From Mycobacterium phage prophiCCUG48898T-1: a stretch of DNA of 49,665 bases. A program made the translations under genes and the position numbers. Shown one piece after another: positions 1 to 8,389 of the stretch (positions are counted from its first letter, which is position 1; every line of letters starts with the position of its first letter). Under the pieces are notes generated by a model that saw nothing but the letters and a program-made list of their open reading frames with translations, did not search any database and was not told the origin of the DNA. The stretch lies in the sequence record OQ417974.1; one strand, written 5' to 3'.

Positions 1-18
1 TACTCGTGAGTAAGAACT
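1..18. repeat. Left copy of 18-bp direct repeat TACTCGTGAGTAAGAACT (candidate attL core, or circular-overlap end)
   Basis: Exact match to 49648-49665. It lies inside the 3' part of the leftward repressor ORF. Confidence 0.75.
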
Positions 19-290
19 GTGCTACTCGCCTCCTCCGTGGCTAGCTGCCCGCCCCACATAAGCCATTCGCGGCTCGCTCCGGTCGCCCGATGAATCGCCT
101 GAATCTTCTCGGTGAGCTTGTGAGGACTGCGCCCGCTTTCAATCCCTTGTAGGGCATTCTCGGTCAATCCAGTGAGCTGGGAAAACTCCCTGCGGCTCAT
201 CCTGAGCGCATTTCGCAGGACAACAACCCTGGCGGCAAGAGTGTCTGCCGGAACCCAGTTGTTCCCGTGAACCTTCTCTGCTGTCGTCAT
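1..290 (-). CDS. Immunity repressor, XRE-family HTH (CI-like). ATG at 290 on the minus strand; no stop codon before the window edge. If the ends are joined, the ORF would terminate at 49548 and give 129 aa.
   Basis: Translation MTTAEKVHGNNWVPADTLAARVVVLRNALRMSRREFSQLTGLTENALQGIESGRSPHKLTEKIQAIHRATGASREWLMWG... shows a typical XRE HTH. It is divergent from the cro-like gene. It is absent from the ORF track, which lists stop-terminated ORFs only. Confidence 0.7.
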   Translation of the reverse strand, partial: MTTAEKVHGNNWVPADTLAARVVVLRNALRMSRREFSQLTGLTENALQGIESGRSPHKLTEKIQAIHRATGASREWLMWGGQLATEEASSTVLTHE

Positions 291-410
291 GGGTAAATGA
301 TGACATCTCTGCAATCTGCATGCAAGAAGATTGCATGCTTGAGCTGCAAGTAAACAGTTCATTCCTAAGTGATGCTTGCAATCAAATTTCATGCATGTAA
401 TTATTTCGGC
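291..410. promoter_or_regulatory. Divergent repressor/cro intergenic switch region, AT-rich for this genome, with repeated GCATGC-centred and TGCAATC motifs (candidate operators and promoters)
   Basis: tgcatgcaag at 317-326, ttgcatgcttg at 331-341, ctgcaag at 344-350, tgcaatc at 310-316 and at 377-383. GC is locally much lower than the flanks. Confidence 0.5.
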
Positions 411-602
411 ATGAGCGCAAAACTTCTGCTGATCGAGGCTCGGCTCGGTGGTCGAAGACTCCCCGAACTCGTCGGCGCACGCCGGGCACAGGGCAAGTCC
501 TGGCAGGGCATCGCCAACGAAATCCACGACATGACCGGCGTTGCGGTGTCCCGAGAGTCCTTGCGTGCCTGGTGCAATCAGTCCAAGGCGGTGGCCTCGT
601 GA
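411..602 (+). CDS. Cro-like small HTH regulator (track ORF 369..602; likelier start ATG 411)
   Basis: MSAKLLLIEARLGGRRLPELVGARRAQGKSWQGIANEIHDMTGVAVSRESLRAW is HTH-like. It is divergent from the repressor and is the first gene of the rightward early operon. Confidence 0.5.
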   Translation: MSAKLLLIEARLGGRRLPELVGARRAQGKSWQGIANEIHDMTGVAVSRESLRAWCNQSKAVAS

Positions 603-1366
603 GCGCGCCAGTGATCGTTTCCCCGTTCGACGCGATCCGTCACCTGACTGACGAGGGCCGCGAGTACTGGTCGGCACGTGATCTCATGCCGCTGCTCGGA
701 TACGAGAAGTGGGAGCGGTTCGCCGACGCCATCAGCCGTGCCAAGCTTGCCGCCCGCAATGCTGGGTACGACGCAGCGCAAAACTTTCCCGCCTCCGGGA
801 AAGTTTCTGGGAGCCGAGGACCGGCACAGGCTGACTACCACCTCTCCCGGTACGCCTGCTATCTCGTCGCACTCAATGGCGATCCACGCAAGCCTGAAAT
901 CGCAGCCGCGCAGACATACTTCGTCATCAAGACCCGTGAGGCCGAGACCGCCACGGCCGCGCCCGCGCTCACGGGCACCGACCTACTCGCCGCCGCCGTG
1001 CTCGAAGCCCAGCGGATGATCGAGGCCAAGGATGCTCGAATCGCCGAGCTGGAGCCCAAGGCCGACCTTGCAGATACATACCTCACTGCACAGGGTGGGT
1101 CCCGGTTGATCCGGGAAGCCGCCAAGCTGCTCGGCATGCGCGAGCGCGAGTTTCGCCAGTGGCTCCTGGATGAGCGGCTGATCTTCGCCAAACACGCTCC
1201 GTGCGGCGCGGTGCAGTACGACCACTACGCGCAGTTCACGCACTACTTCCAAGCGCACGAGCACGTCGTCGCGCACTCATGGGGCAGCTGTGCCCACTAC
1301 ACCTTGCGCATTCTGCCGCGAGGGATGGAACTCATCACCGCACGCTTGGGCCGAATCTCCAAGTAA
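572..1366 (+). CDS. Antirepressor (Bro-N N-terminal domain plus KilA-C-like C-terminal domain); alternative GTG start at 599
   Basis: N-terminal motif FDAIRHLTDEGREYWSARDLMPLLGY is typical of Bro-N/AntA. The C-terminal region ADTYLTAQGGSRLIREAAKLLGMREREFRQWLLDERLIF is KilAC-like. Confidence 0.75.
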   Translation: MQSVQGGGLVSAPVIVSPFDAIRHLTDEGREYWSARDLMPLLGYEKWERFADAISRAKLAARNAGYDAAQNFPASGKVSGSRGPAQADYHLSRYACYLVALNGDPRKPEIAAAQTYFVIKTREAETATAAPALTGTDLLAAAVLEAQRMIEAKDARIAELEPKADLADTYLTAQGGSRLIREAAKLLGMREREFRQWLLDERLIFAKHAPCGAVQYDHYAQFTHYFQAHEHVVAHSWGSCAHYTLRILPRGMELITARLGRISK

Positions 1367-1394
1367 TCGCAAGTCCCACAACTGAATAAGTAAA

Positions 1395-1435
1395 GACGCT
1401 GGCGGTCCCGTCGCCAAACAGAAACCGCCAGCGTC
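1395..1435 (+). terminator. Strong hairpin (12-bp perfect stem gacgctggcggt/accgccagcgtc, 17-nt loop) after the antirepressor gene; possible intrinsic terminator or attenuator without a U-tract
   Basis: The inverted repeat is read directly from the sequence. Confidence 0.4.
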
Positions 1436-1468
1436 CCCTACCAACCAATCCTACTGAGAGGACTTGGC

Positions 1469-1855
1469 ATGCCCCAACATATCCGCAGGCGGTCGCACGG
1501 GCGCCGCCGACCCCGGCTGAGCAGCTACGACGCGATCACCATTGTGCTAGCCGCTATCGCGGTGCTCGCCGCGATGCTGCTGGCCTCCCCGGACTCGCAC
1601 GCCGACCCGGTGACCGATGACTTCGTGACGACGAGCGGCTGGCGCGTGTGCAACGAGCTGGACGCGCAGCCCAATTTCGACGGCATCCGGTACTCATACC
1701 GGGCACTGTCCGCGCGCGGCTACAGCCTCGATCAGTCGGCCCAGATCATCGTGGGATCGGTGAAGGTGTGGTGCAAACGCCATGCACCACTGCTCAAGTC
1801 ATACGCCGACACCTATGCTTCCGCGCCGCAGCAGAGCCAGGGGCGTGCGGCATGA
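1469..1855 (+). CDS. Small secreted or membrane-anchored protein (N-terminal basic region plus hydrophobic signal/anchor, predicted cleavage near SHA/DP)
   Basis: MPQHIRRRSHGRRRPRLSSYDAITIVLAAIAVLAAMLLASPDSHADP...; two Cys in the mature part. Confidence 0.5.
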   Translation: MPQHIRRRSHGRRRPRLSSYDAITIVLAAIAVLAAMLLASPDSHADPVTDDFVTTSGWRVCNELDAQPNFDGIRYSYRALSARGYSLDQSAQIIVGSVKVWCKRHAPLLKSYADTYASAPQQSQGRAA

Positions 1856-2172
1856 CCATCACCTTTGACCCCAACCCGACGTTCGACGAGCTCATGGCCG
1901 CGTTCGACAAGGCCGAGCAGAAGTGCTCCCCCAGCGTCGTGAATATCATCCTGGATCTCGAAATCGCCGATCTGTTCGAGAGATTGGGCAATCGCGGCAT
2001 CGCCGTATTGGTCGCCAATCAGAAGGCGTGGCGCGAGTCCGTCAAGGAGTCCGGTACAGACCCGCGATGCGCCTGGACCACCGACGCTAGCGCCGAGGTC
2101 GTGCTCGTCGAGTTCTTCACCGATCGCGACAACCGGGACAAAGCCAGCGCCGTGCTCAAGGCGGATGCGTAA
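1852..2172 (+). CDS. Hypothetical protein (106 aa)
   Basis: ATGA overlap with the upstream stop; in operon context. Confidence 0.5.
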   Translation: MTITFDPNPTFDELMAAFDKAEQKCSPSVVNIILDLEIADLFERLGNRGIAVLVANQKAWRESVKESGTDPRCAWTTDASAEVVLVEFFTDRDNRDKASAVLKADA

Positions 2173-2459
2173 TGACCGAGGGCACAACACATACCGCGAC
2201 CGGGTTCCTGATTCTCGAAGCATCCAGATACAGGTACGGACTCGCTGGCGAGGACGGACTCAGGCCGGTTGATGGCCTGCGCATCGTTGGCCAGCGCGCG
2301 AACCGACCGGCGAAACTGGCCCGTGACCAGATCGCCGTCAAGGTAGCGATCACCATCGACGACGCCGAATTCTCCCCTATTACAGCGACACTCGCGCTCA
2401 CCCTCGACCCGTCGCGGGTCATCCATCCGGTTGTCGAGGATCTGGAGCCTGGCGAGTGA
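2172..2459 (+). CDS. Hypothetical protein (95 aa)
   Basis: The start overlaps the upstream stop (TAATG). Confidence 0.45.
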   Translation: MTEGTTHTATGFLILEASRYRYGLAGEDGLRPVDGLRIVGQRANRPAKLARDQIAVKVAITIDDAEFSPITATLALTLDPSRVIHPVVEDLEPGE

Positions 2460-2662
2460 ATCGGTACTACTGCCCCGTGTGTTGGGCCCGAGTAAAGCGC
2501 TCCAGCGGAGGCAATATCACGGGGCATTTCGACACCGTGACCAGGCCTTGCCCCGCTTCGGGATACCCGTTCTCCATTGCGTTGATAACCCCGCTCAACG
2601 GTGCCGGGTTGCGGAACACCATCAAGCGGATTCACGAGCTACGAGAGGCGATTGCCGCATGA
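2456..2662 (+). CDS. Small Cys-containing hypothetical protein (CPVC...CP motif)
   Basis: 68-aa ORF; GTG start overlaps the upstream stop. Confidence 0.4.
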   Translation: MNRYYCPVCWARVKRSSGGNITGHFDTVTRPCPASGYPFSIALITPLNGAGLRNTIKRIHELREAIAA

Positions 2663-3552
2663 CAACTACCGCCGAAATCCCCACCGCTGACGGCCTATAC
2701 AGCGGTATTCCTGATGAGGTCTACCACGCTGACCGCACCAGCTTGTCGTCGTCGGGTGCTCGTGCACTGCTGGCGCCGTCCTCGCCCGAGATCTTCCACT
2801 ACCAGCAGGGGCAACCGCCAGAACCCAAGCCGCAATACGACTTCGGGCACGTTGCCCACAAGTTCGTGCTGGGCGAAGGCGCCGATATCTGCGAGCTAGA
2901 TCCGGCCGTTCACGGGCTGAACAAGGATGGCTCCCCCGCCAAGTCGCCCACCGCCACCGCGATGTGGCAGGCAGCGGCCGAGGAAGCGCGCAAGGCCGGT
3001 CAGATCCCGATGCACATCGCCGAGGTGGCCAAGGCCAAAGCGATGGCAGCCAGGGTGCACGAGCACCCGCTCGCCGGGCCGCTACTAGCCGACGGGACAC
3101 CGGAGCTGTCCGGGTACTGGCACGACCGGGAGACGGGCGTGCGCCTGCGGTTCCGGCCCGACTGGCTGCCCAACCCCGGCCGGGGACGGCTGATCGTCGT
3201 GGACTACAAGACAAGCTCCAGCGCCTACCCGGGCCACTTCGCCAAGTCCGCAGCCGAATACGGCTACCACCAGCAGGCGCCGTGGTATCTGGACGGCCTG
3301 GCCGCGTGCGAGATCGCCGACGACGCCGCGTTCCTGTTCGTCGTCCAGTCCAAAACGGCGCCCTACCCGATCACCGTGGTCGAGCTCAAGCCCGAAGACA
3401 TCGACCTCGGCCGGCGCCGCAACCGCAAGGCCATCGACCTGTACGCCCAATGCGTCGCCGATGACCACTGGCCCGGCTACGGCGACCACGTGCACTCGGT
3501 ATCGCTCCCCAGTTACGCCACCTACCAGCAAGAAGGAGAACTCGATCAGTGA
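2659..3552 (+). CDS. RecB-family PD-(D/E)XK exonuclease (RecE/Cas4-like nuclease domain, lacking the Cas4 Cys cluster)
   Basis: Motifs LIVVDYKTSSS (D-x-K) and YGYHQQAPWY (QxxxY) are typical of RecB-family nucleases. ATG at 2659 lies within track ORF 2431..3552. Confidence 0.7.
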   Translation: MTTTAEIPTADGLYSGIPDEVYHADRTSLSSSGARALLAPSSPEIFHYQQGQPPEPKPQYDFGHVAHKFVLGEGADICELDPAVHGLNKDGSPAKSPTATAMWQAAAEEARKAGQIPMHIAEVAKAKAMAARVHEHPLAGPLLADGTPELSGYWHDRETGVRLRFRPDWLPNPGRGRLIVVDYKTSSSAYPGHFAKSAAEYGYHQQAPWYLDGLAACEIADDAAFLFVVQSKTAPYPITVVELKPEDIDLGRRRNRKAIDLYAQCVADDHWPGYGDHVHSVSLPSYATYQQEGELDQ

Positions 3553-4670
3553 CCGTCACCCCCTACCAGCCCATCTCACCCGCACCGCGCACAACGGTCA
3601 GCCAAGCCACCTCAGTCGAACAGTCGCGCGCCGTCGCCGAGGTCCAATCCGCCGTCATCGTGGCCCAGCAGATCCCGCGTGACATGCAGCGGGCCGAAGC
3701 GGAGATGCGCGATACGTGCAATCGATCCGCGATGGCGAAACAGGCCTTCTACCAAGTGCCGAACCGAGGCAACGGCGCATCGGTGCACCTCATGCGCGAA
3801 CTCGCGCGAGTCTGGGGCAACGTGCAGTACGGCGTCAACGAGCTGCACCGCGACGACTCCCGGGGCGAGTCGGAGGTTCAGGCGTGGGCGTGGGATGTGC
3901 AGACCAACACCCGCTCTACGCGCACCTTCATCGTCCCTCATGCCCGCATGTCAAAGGGGCGCCGCCAAGAACTCACCGACCTTGGTGACATCACGAACAA
4001 CAACAACAATGCGGGCGCTCGCGCTGTCCGTGAGTGCATCAACGCCATCTTGCCCAAGTGGTTTACCGAAGCGGCACAGGACATCTGCAAGGCCACGCTG
4101 GAGAACGGCGAGGGCGTGCCCTTGCCCAAGCGCATCGAGGACATGATCGCCGGATTCCGTGCCATCGGCGTCTCCCAGGCGCAATTGGAGACCAAGATCG
4201 GCAAGAAGCGCGGCGCCTGGGATGCGGGCGATGTCGCGCAGATGGGCATCACCTATACCTCGATCACCCGCGACGGCTACGACAAAGCCGAGATGTTCCC
4301 GCCGCTCGCGGGAGTGACAACCGACGAGATCAAGGCCAAGGCCCCGGACAAACCGAAGGCCGAAGCGACACCAGCTCCCGAGAAGGCACCAAGCCCGGAG
4401 AAGGTCGAGGAAGCGCCCGAGGCCAACCCCGCTGAATACAACTCGCGCGGTGAGTTTCTGGCCACCAAAAAGACCATCGGCACCATCCGCGGGCTGCTCG
4501 GCAACGCGGGCTATTCCCTGCGCGGCGATGCGGCCACCGTCAAGACGCTCACCTATCTGGCCACTGTCGTCGGCCGCGAAATCGCCGATGTCAACGACCT
4601 ATCCGAAGCCGAGGCCGAGGTAGTGACCGACGTTCTGAACCAACCCACCACAACAGAAGGGAATGAATAA
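3549..4670 (+). CDS. Putative single-strand annealing protein (RecT-like), with a Pro/Lys/Ala/Glu-rich linker and a C-terminal domain
   Basis: It lies directly downstream of the PD-(D/E)XK exonuclease and is translationally coupled to it, as in RecET-like modules. It has the low-complexity linker APDKPKAEATPAPEKAPSPEKVEEAPEA. The family call is an inference. Confidence 0.5.
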   Translation: MTVTPYQPISPAPRTTVSQATSVEQSRAVAEVQSAVIVAQQIPRDMQRAEAEMRDTCNRSAMAKQAFYQVPNRGNGASVHLMRELARVWGNVQYGVNELHRDDSRGESEVQAWAWDVQTNTRSTRTFIVPHARMSKGRRQELTDLGDITNNNNNAGARAVRECINAILPKWFTEAAQDICKATLENGEGVPLPKRIEDMIAGFRAIGVSQAQLETKIGKKRGAWDAGDVAQMGITYTSITRDGYDKAEMFPPLAGVTTDEIKAKAPDKPKAEATPAPEKAPSPEKVEEAPEANPAEYNSRGEFLATKKTIGTIRGLLGNAGYSLRGDAATVKTLTYLATVVGREIADVNDLSEAEAEVVTDVLNQPTTTEGNE

Positions 4671-4672
4671 CC

Positions 4673-5014
4673 ATGTCCGACAACGACACCGAGAAGAAAG
4701 AGGAAGGCACCGAACTCGCGCCAGGTGACATCACCGAGTTCATCGTCGTATTCACTCAGCTCAACAAGGGCCGCACTCAGCTCGAAGCAACCAAGGCTCT
4801 GCACGAGGTCGTCGAGGCCGCGATGGCCACCGGTAAGAAGACCGGCACCGTCACGATCAAGATCAAGGTCGAGCCGCTGGAGTCCGGCGCAGTCAGCCTC
4901 GTGCCCGATGTCACCAGCAACCCTGCCAAGGACCCGGCCGGAACGATTTTCTTCGCCGACGGCGAGGGCGGCCTATCCCGCGACAACGCCAGCATGCACT
5001 ACGGCCTCAGGTAA
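4673..5014 (+). CDS. Hypothetical protein (113 aa)
   Basis: ORF with a good AAGGGAATGAATAACCATG spacing context. Confidence 0.5.
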   Translation: MSDNDTEKKEEGTELAPGDITEFIVVFTQLNKGRTQLEATKALHEVVEAAMATGKKTGTVTIKIKVEPLESGAVSLVPDVTSNPAKDPAGTIFFADGEGGLSRDNASMHYGLR

Positions 5015-5041
5015 CCCAACCCACCCGAAGGAGTAACACCC

Positions 5042-5878
5042 ATGTCCGACAACACCATTGCACTACCAAAGCACGACGCCGATCTGATCGACGAGCCCGA
5101 CGCCGACACCCCGCTCTACCTCGTCACCGCCAACGGCGAGAACGGCCTCCAGACCGAGGTTGTCGACGTACGGGGCAAGGTACCCGCCGCGTTCCCGCCG
5201 CGCGCACCTGAGCGCCGAACCGTCACCGACACCGCCTCATTCCTTGCCGAGGTCACCCGCCGGCCACTACTCCAAGGCCTCTCGACCGTCTGGGGGAACC
5301 GCGACAAGGGGCAGGTCAGCGTCATCTACAACGAACTCGGCACGGACGCGACGGCGGACTACACCCGCCGAAACGATCTGCTCACTCTTCAGTTCGTCGC
5401 GGACCCGGACTGGGCGACCCTATTTAAGGCCGCTGACGGCGAGTACCACGGCCAGGAGAAGTTTGGCGATTTAATCGAGCAGGCCGGACACCTGATCACC
5501 AGCCATCCGGCCGCCGAGGTCGTTGAAATCGTCGACAGCATCCAGTCATCCAGCAATGGGTCATTCAAGTCTCAGATCAAGCGCGACACCGGAAGTCAGC
5601 ACCTCACCTACAGCGAGGAAGTCACCGCATCGGCGGGCACCGCCACCCGGCCACTTGAAGTACCGCGAGAGATCACGCTCGCTGCGCGGCCGTTCGAGGA
5701 CTACCCGCTGATCGAGGTGACGTGCTGGCTGCGCCTGCGCGTGAGCCAGGGGCAGCTATTCCTGGGGTTGTTCCCCAAGCCATATGAGCACTTGGTGCGC
5801 GATGCCTGGACGCAGAAGACCGGCGAGCTGTCCGAAGCACTCGGGGTGCCCGTCTACGCCGCCAACCTCGGCAAGTAG
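5042..5878 (+). CDS. Hypothetical protein (278 aa); possibly DUF2303/YfdQ-like, a family often found beside phage recT genes
   Basis: RBS GAAGGAG precedes the ATG. Its position within the recombination module supports the call. The family assignment is not verified. Confidence 0.5.
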   Translation: MSDNTIALPKHDADLIDEPDADTPLYLVTANGENGLQTEVVDVRGKVPAAFPPRAPERRTVTDTASFLAEVTRRPLLQGLSTVWGNRDKGQVSVIYNELGTDATADYTRRNDLLTLQFVADPDWATLFKAADGEYHGQEKFGDLIEQAGHLITSHPAAEVVEIVDSIQSSSNGSFKSQIKRDTGSQHLTYSEEVTASAGTATRPLEVPREITLAARPFEDYPLIEVTCWLRLRVSQGQLFLGLFPKPYEHLVRDAWTQKTGELSEALGVPVYAANLGK

Positions 5879-5905
5879 CCCCACTAACCAAGTAGAGGAG
5901 ACCTG

Positions 5906-6439
5906 ATGTCCCGCAACCTCATCGTCGTAGACCTGGAAACAACCGGCCTCGGCCCGCAGTGCGCGCCGATCGAGGTTGCGGCCATCAACGTCGACACCGG
6001 AGAAACACTCGAATTCGTGCCGTACGTCGACCTGTCCAAGGTCTCGATCGAGCCCCAGGCATTCGCCATCAACCGATATTTCGAACGCGGTGTGTATGAC
6101 GTAATGCTCAATCCCGACAACACCATCACAGCGTGGAATGACCTCGCCGACATCCTGAGCGGCAACACCTTTGCCGGATCGAACCCGACATTCGACGCAG
6201 CCATGGTCGCACGCAAGGTTGGCACGCACTGGCACTACCGCCTGGCCGACCTCGCCGCCTACGCCGCCCCAGCGCTTGGCCGCGACCCGTCCGAGCTGCC
6301 GGGACTGGCCGACGTACTCGACGCCCTCAAGATCGAGAACCGTTGCCCACACTCGGCACTCGGCGACGCCGAAGCAACCGCCAAAGCATTCGTGAAGCTG
6401 CGCGACATCTACGCAGAACAGCGGGAGTCCGCGCGATGA
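5906..6439 (+). CDS. DnaQ-like 3'-5' exonuclease (DEDDh family)
   Basis: Exo I motif VVDLETTGL; Exo III motif HSALGDAEAT; RBS GAGGAGACC. Confidence 0.75.
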   Translation: MSRNLIVVDLETTGLGPQCAPIEVAAINVDTGETLEFVPYVDLSKVSIEPQAFAINRYFERGVYDVMLNPDNTITAWNDLADILSGNTFAGSNPTFDAAMVARKVGTHWHYRLADLAAYAAPALGRDPSELPGLADVLDALKIENRCPHSALGDAEATAKAFVKLRDIYAEQRESAR

Positions 6440-6852
6440 CCGCCCCGTCCATCTCCCGTCGCTACATCGACGCCACCCCCGTGCGCGAGCACCTGCAGAA
6501 GCTGCAGGCGATCGGCTGGACCGTCAACGCCATCGCGGCCGCCAACGGTCACCCGGGAAAACTCGTCACCACTCTGCGCCAGATCCTTCGCGGCCAACAA
6601 ACCTGCGCCCCATCCACCCGCGACTACGTGATGTGGATGGACCCCGAACTGCCTCCCGAGACCGGAAAACCGTTCGTACTCAAATGGTCCGAATACGTGT
6701 ACATCGGCGTACCCGACCACGCGGCTGCGCGCGAAATGGGCATCACCTACAACTCCATGTCGGAACAGTTACGGCGCAACGGTTTCCAGCCATCTGCGCT
6801 GCTGTATGAGCTGGCCCGCGAGGAACGCGAGAAAGCCAAGGCCGCCGCATGA
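6436..6852 (+). CDS. Hypothetical protein (138 aa)
   Basis: ATG 6436 overlaps the upstream stop. Confidence 0.5.
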   Translation: MTAPSISRRYIDATPVREHLQKLQAIGWTVNAIAAANGHPGKLVTTLRQILRGQQTCAPSTRDYVMWMDPELPPETGKPFVLKWSEYVYIGVPDHAAAREMGITYNSMSEQLRRNGFQPSALLYELAREEREKAKAAA

Positions 6853-7373
6853 CACTGACCGAAGATCAACGCTGGCTATTGCGGATGGTCGGCGGGTGGG
6901 AAATGCGCGATTGCCTCATCGGTCCCGCAGGTGTCACCCGTTTGATGCAATCCTGCTACGGCGGTACCCGCCTGCCTACCGACGGATATCCGTCTCACCT
7001 CAAGGGCTTTGAGTGCAGGCAGGGCAAGATCGTATCGAGGGGCGTCCCCGTCGTTACCGTGACCGCTGCGCAGCTGAACAAGTTCGCGCGCTCCCTGCCG
7101 GTCGAGCTTGTCGCCGAGATGCGCGGGTGCGCCACCGCCGCACAGCGCAACAACCTACGTCGCCACCAGTTCTGCCACTGCGGGAGCGAACCGTGCGGGT
7201 ACGCGTACATGGGCGATCGCATTTGCCCGCCAACCGAGCAGCAGGAAGCCGACGCCAAGGCCGAGTTCTGGCGCTGCCAGGACTGGACCGACGACTTGCT
7301 CGACCGCGCACTCGGGTTCACCGCCGAGGACGAGCCGGTCGGACAACTGGAGCTGTTCGGAGTCAGCGCATGA
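6849..7373 (+). CDS. Cys-rich hypothetical protein (174 aa)
   Basis: Translationally coupled ORF; multiple Cys (CHCGSEPCGY). Confidence 0.5.
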   Translation: MTLTEDQRWLLRMVGGWEMRDCLIGPAGVTRLMQSCYGGTRLPTDGYPSHLKGFECRQGKIVSRGVPVVTVTAAQLNKFARSLPVELVAEMRGCATAAQRNNLRRHQFCHCGSEPCGYAYMGDRICPPTEQQEADAKAEFWRCQDWTDDLLDRALGFTAEDEPVGQLELFGVSA

Positions 7374-8389
7374 TCACGCCCTACTACCAAGATGAATCGG
7401 TCAGCCTGCACCACGGCGACGCCCTCGACGTGGCCAAGGCACTGCCCGCCGGCGGGGCCGATTGCATCGTCACCAGCCCGCCCTACTTCGGCCTTCGCGA
7501 CTACGGCGAGCCCGGCCAGTATGGGCTGGAGGACTCGCCAGCCCAGTACGTCGAGAATATGCGCGCGCTGTTCGCCGAGCTGCGCCGCGTGCTCGCCGAC
7601 GACGGAACACTCTGGCTCAACCTTGGTGACAGCTACTACAGCGGCCGGGGCAACCCGGGTCCGAACGCCGACGACCGAAAGAACATCGCAAGGCGCGGCT
7701 GGGTCCGGCCCGTGGACCGGCCCGGACAGTCATGGGCGAAACCCAAAGACCTGCTCGGCATCCCGTGGAGCGTCGCATTCGCGCTGCGCGATGACGGCTG
7801 GTACCTGCGTAACGACAACATTTGGAACAAGCCGAATCCCATGCCCGAGAGTGTCAATGACCGCTTTTCGAGCAAGCACGAGTACGTGTTCATGCTAACG
7901 AAATCCCGCCGCTACTGGTTCGACCTCGATGCGGTCAGGGAGCAATACCAGGGCGACCGTGATGCTTCCCGGCGCTCACGATCGGGTAACACCAACAAGG
8001 CCAACAGCGTCACCACCCCGTGGGTTCCACCCGAGTCGCGTCCGACAGCATGGAATAACCAGTCGAATATGGGTGCCACTGGGAACCAACACACTTGGGC
8101 CAACAAGGGTGGCCGGAACCCTGGCGACGTGTGGACGATTCCGACCCAACCGTTCTCTGGCGCCCATTTCGCCGTCATGGCCTCCAAGCTGGCACACCGT
8201 TGCATCGCCGCTGGATGCAAACCCGGTGGCACCGTGCTCGACCCGTTCAGTGGTTCCGGTACAACAGGAATGGTCGCCCAACGCCTCGGCCGCAAGTACA
8301 TCGGCATCGAACTCAATCGCGACTACCTAGACCTGTCGCTGCGCTCCCGCCTGCAGGCCGCCCCGCTCGATTTCGAGGCGGGCGCATGA
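7370..8389 (+). CDS. Orphan DNA methyltransferase (beta-class N6-adenine/N4-cytosine; motif IV SPPY precedes motif I FSGSGTTG)
   Basis: CIVTSPPYFGLRDY near the N-terminus and DPFSGSGTTGMVA near the C-terminus. No adjacent restriction gene. ATG 7370 lies within track ORF 7013..8389, whose N-terminal extension is Arg-rich junk. Confidence 0.85.
   Translation: MITPYYQDESVSLHHGDALDVAKALPAGGADCIVTSPPYFGLRDYGEPGQYGLEDSPAQYVENMRALFAELRRVLADDGTLWLNLGDSYYSGRGNPGPNADDRKNIARRGWVRPVDRPGQSWAKPKDLLGIPWSVAFALRDDGWYLRNDNIWNKPNPMPESVNDRFSSKHEYVFMLTKSRRYWFDLDAVREQYQGDRDASRRSRSGNTNKANSVTTPWVPPESRPTAWNNQSNMGATGNQHTWANKGGRNPGDVWTIPTQPFSGAHFAVMASKLAHRCIAAGCKPGGTVLDPFSGSGTTGMVAQRLGRKYIGIELNRDYLDLSLRSRLQAAPLDFEAGA

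Noticed and set aside
139-381. 80-aa minus-strand ORF from the track, overlapping the repressor region
   Set aside because: It is out of frame with the HTH-encoding ORF. Its translation is Cys/Ser-rich with no HTH, whereas the 290-to-edge frame gives a canonical XRE repressor.
7013-7369. N-terminal extension of the methyltransferase ORF (track start 7013)
   Set aside because: The extension is Arg-rich and overlaps gene 6849..7373 in another frame. The ATG at 7370 gives a protein beginning right before motif IV, and it is translationally coupled to the upstream gene.
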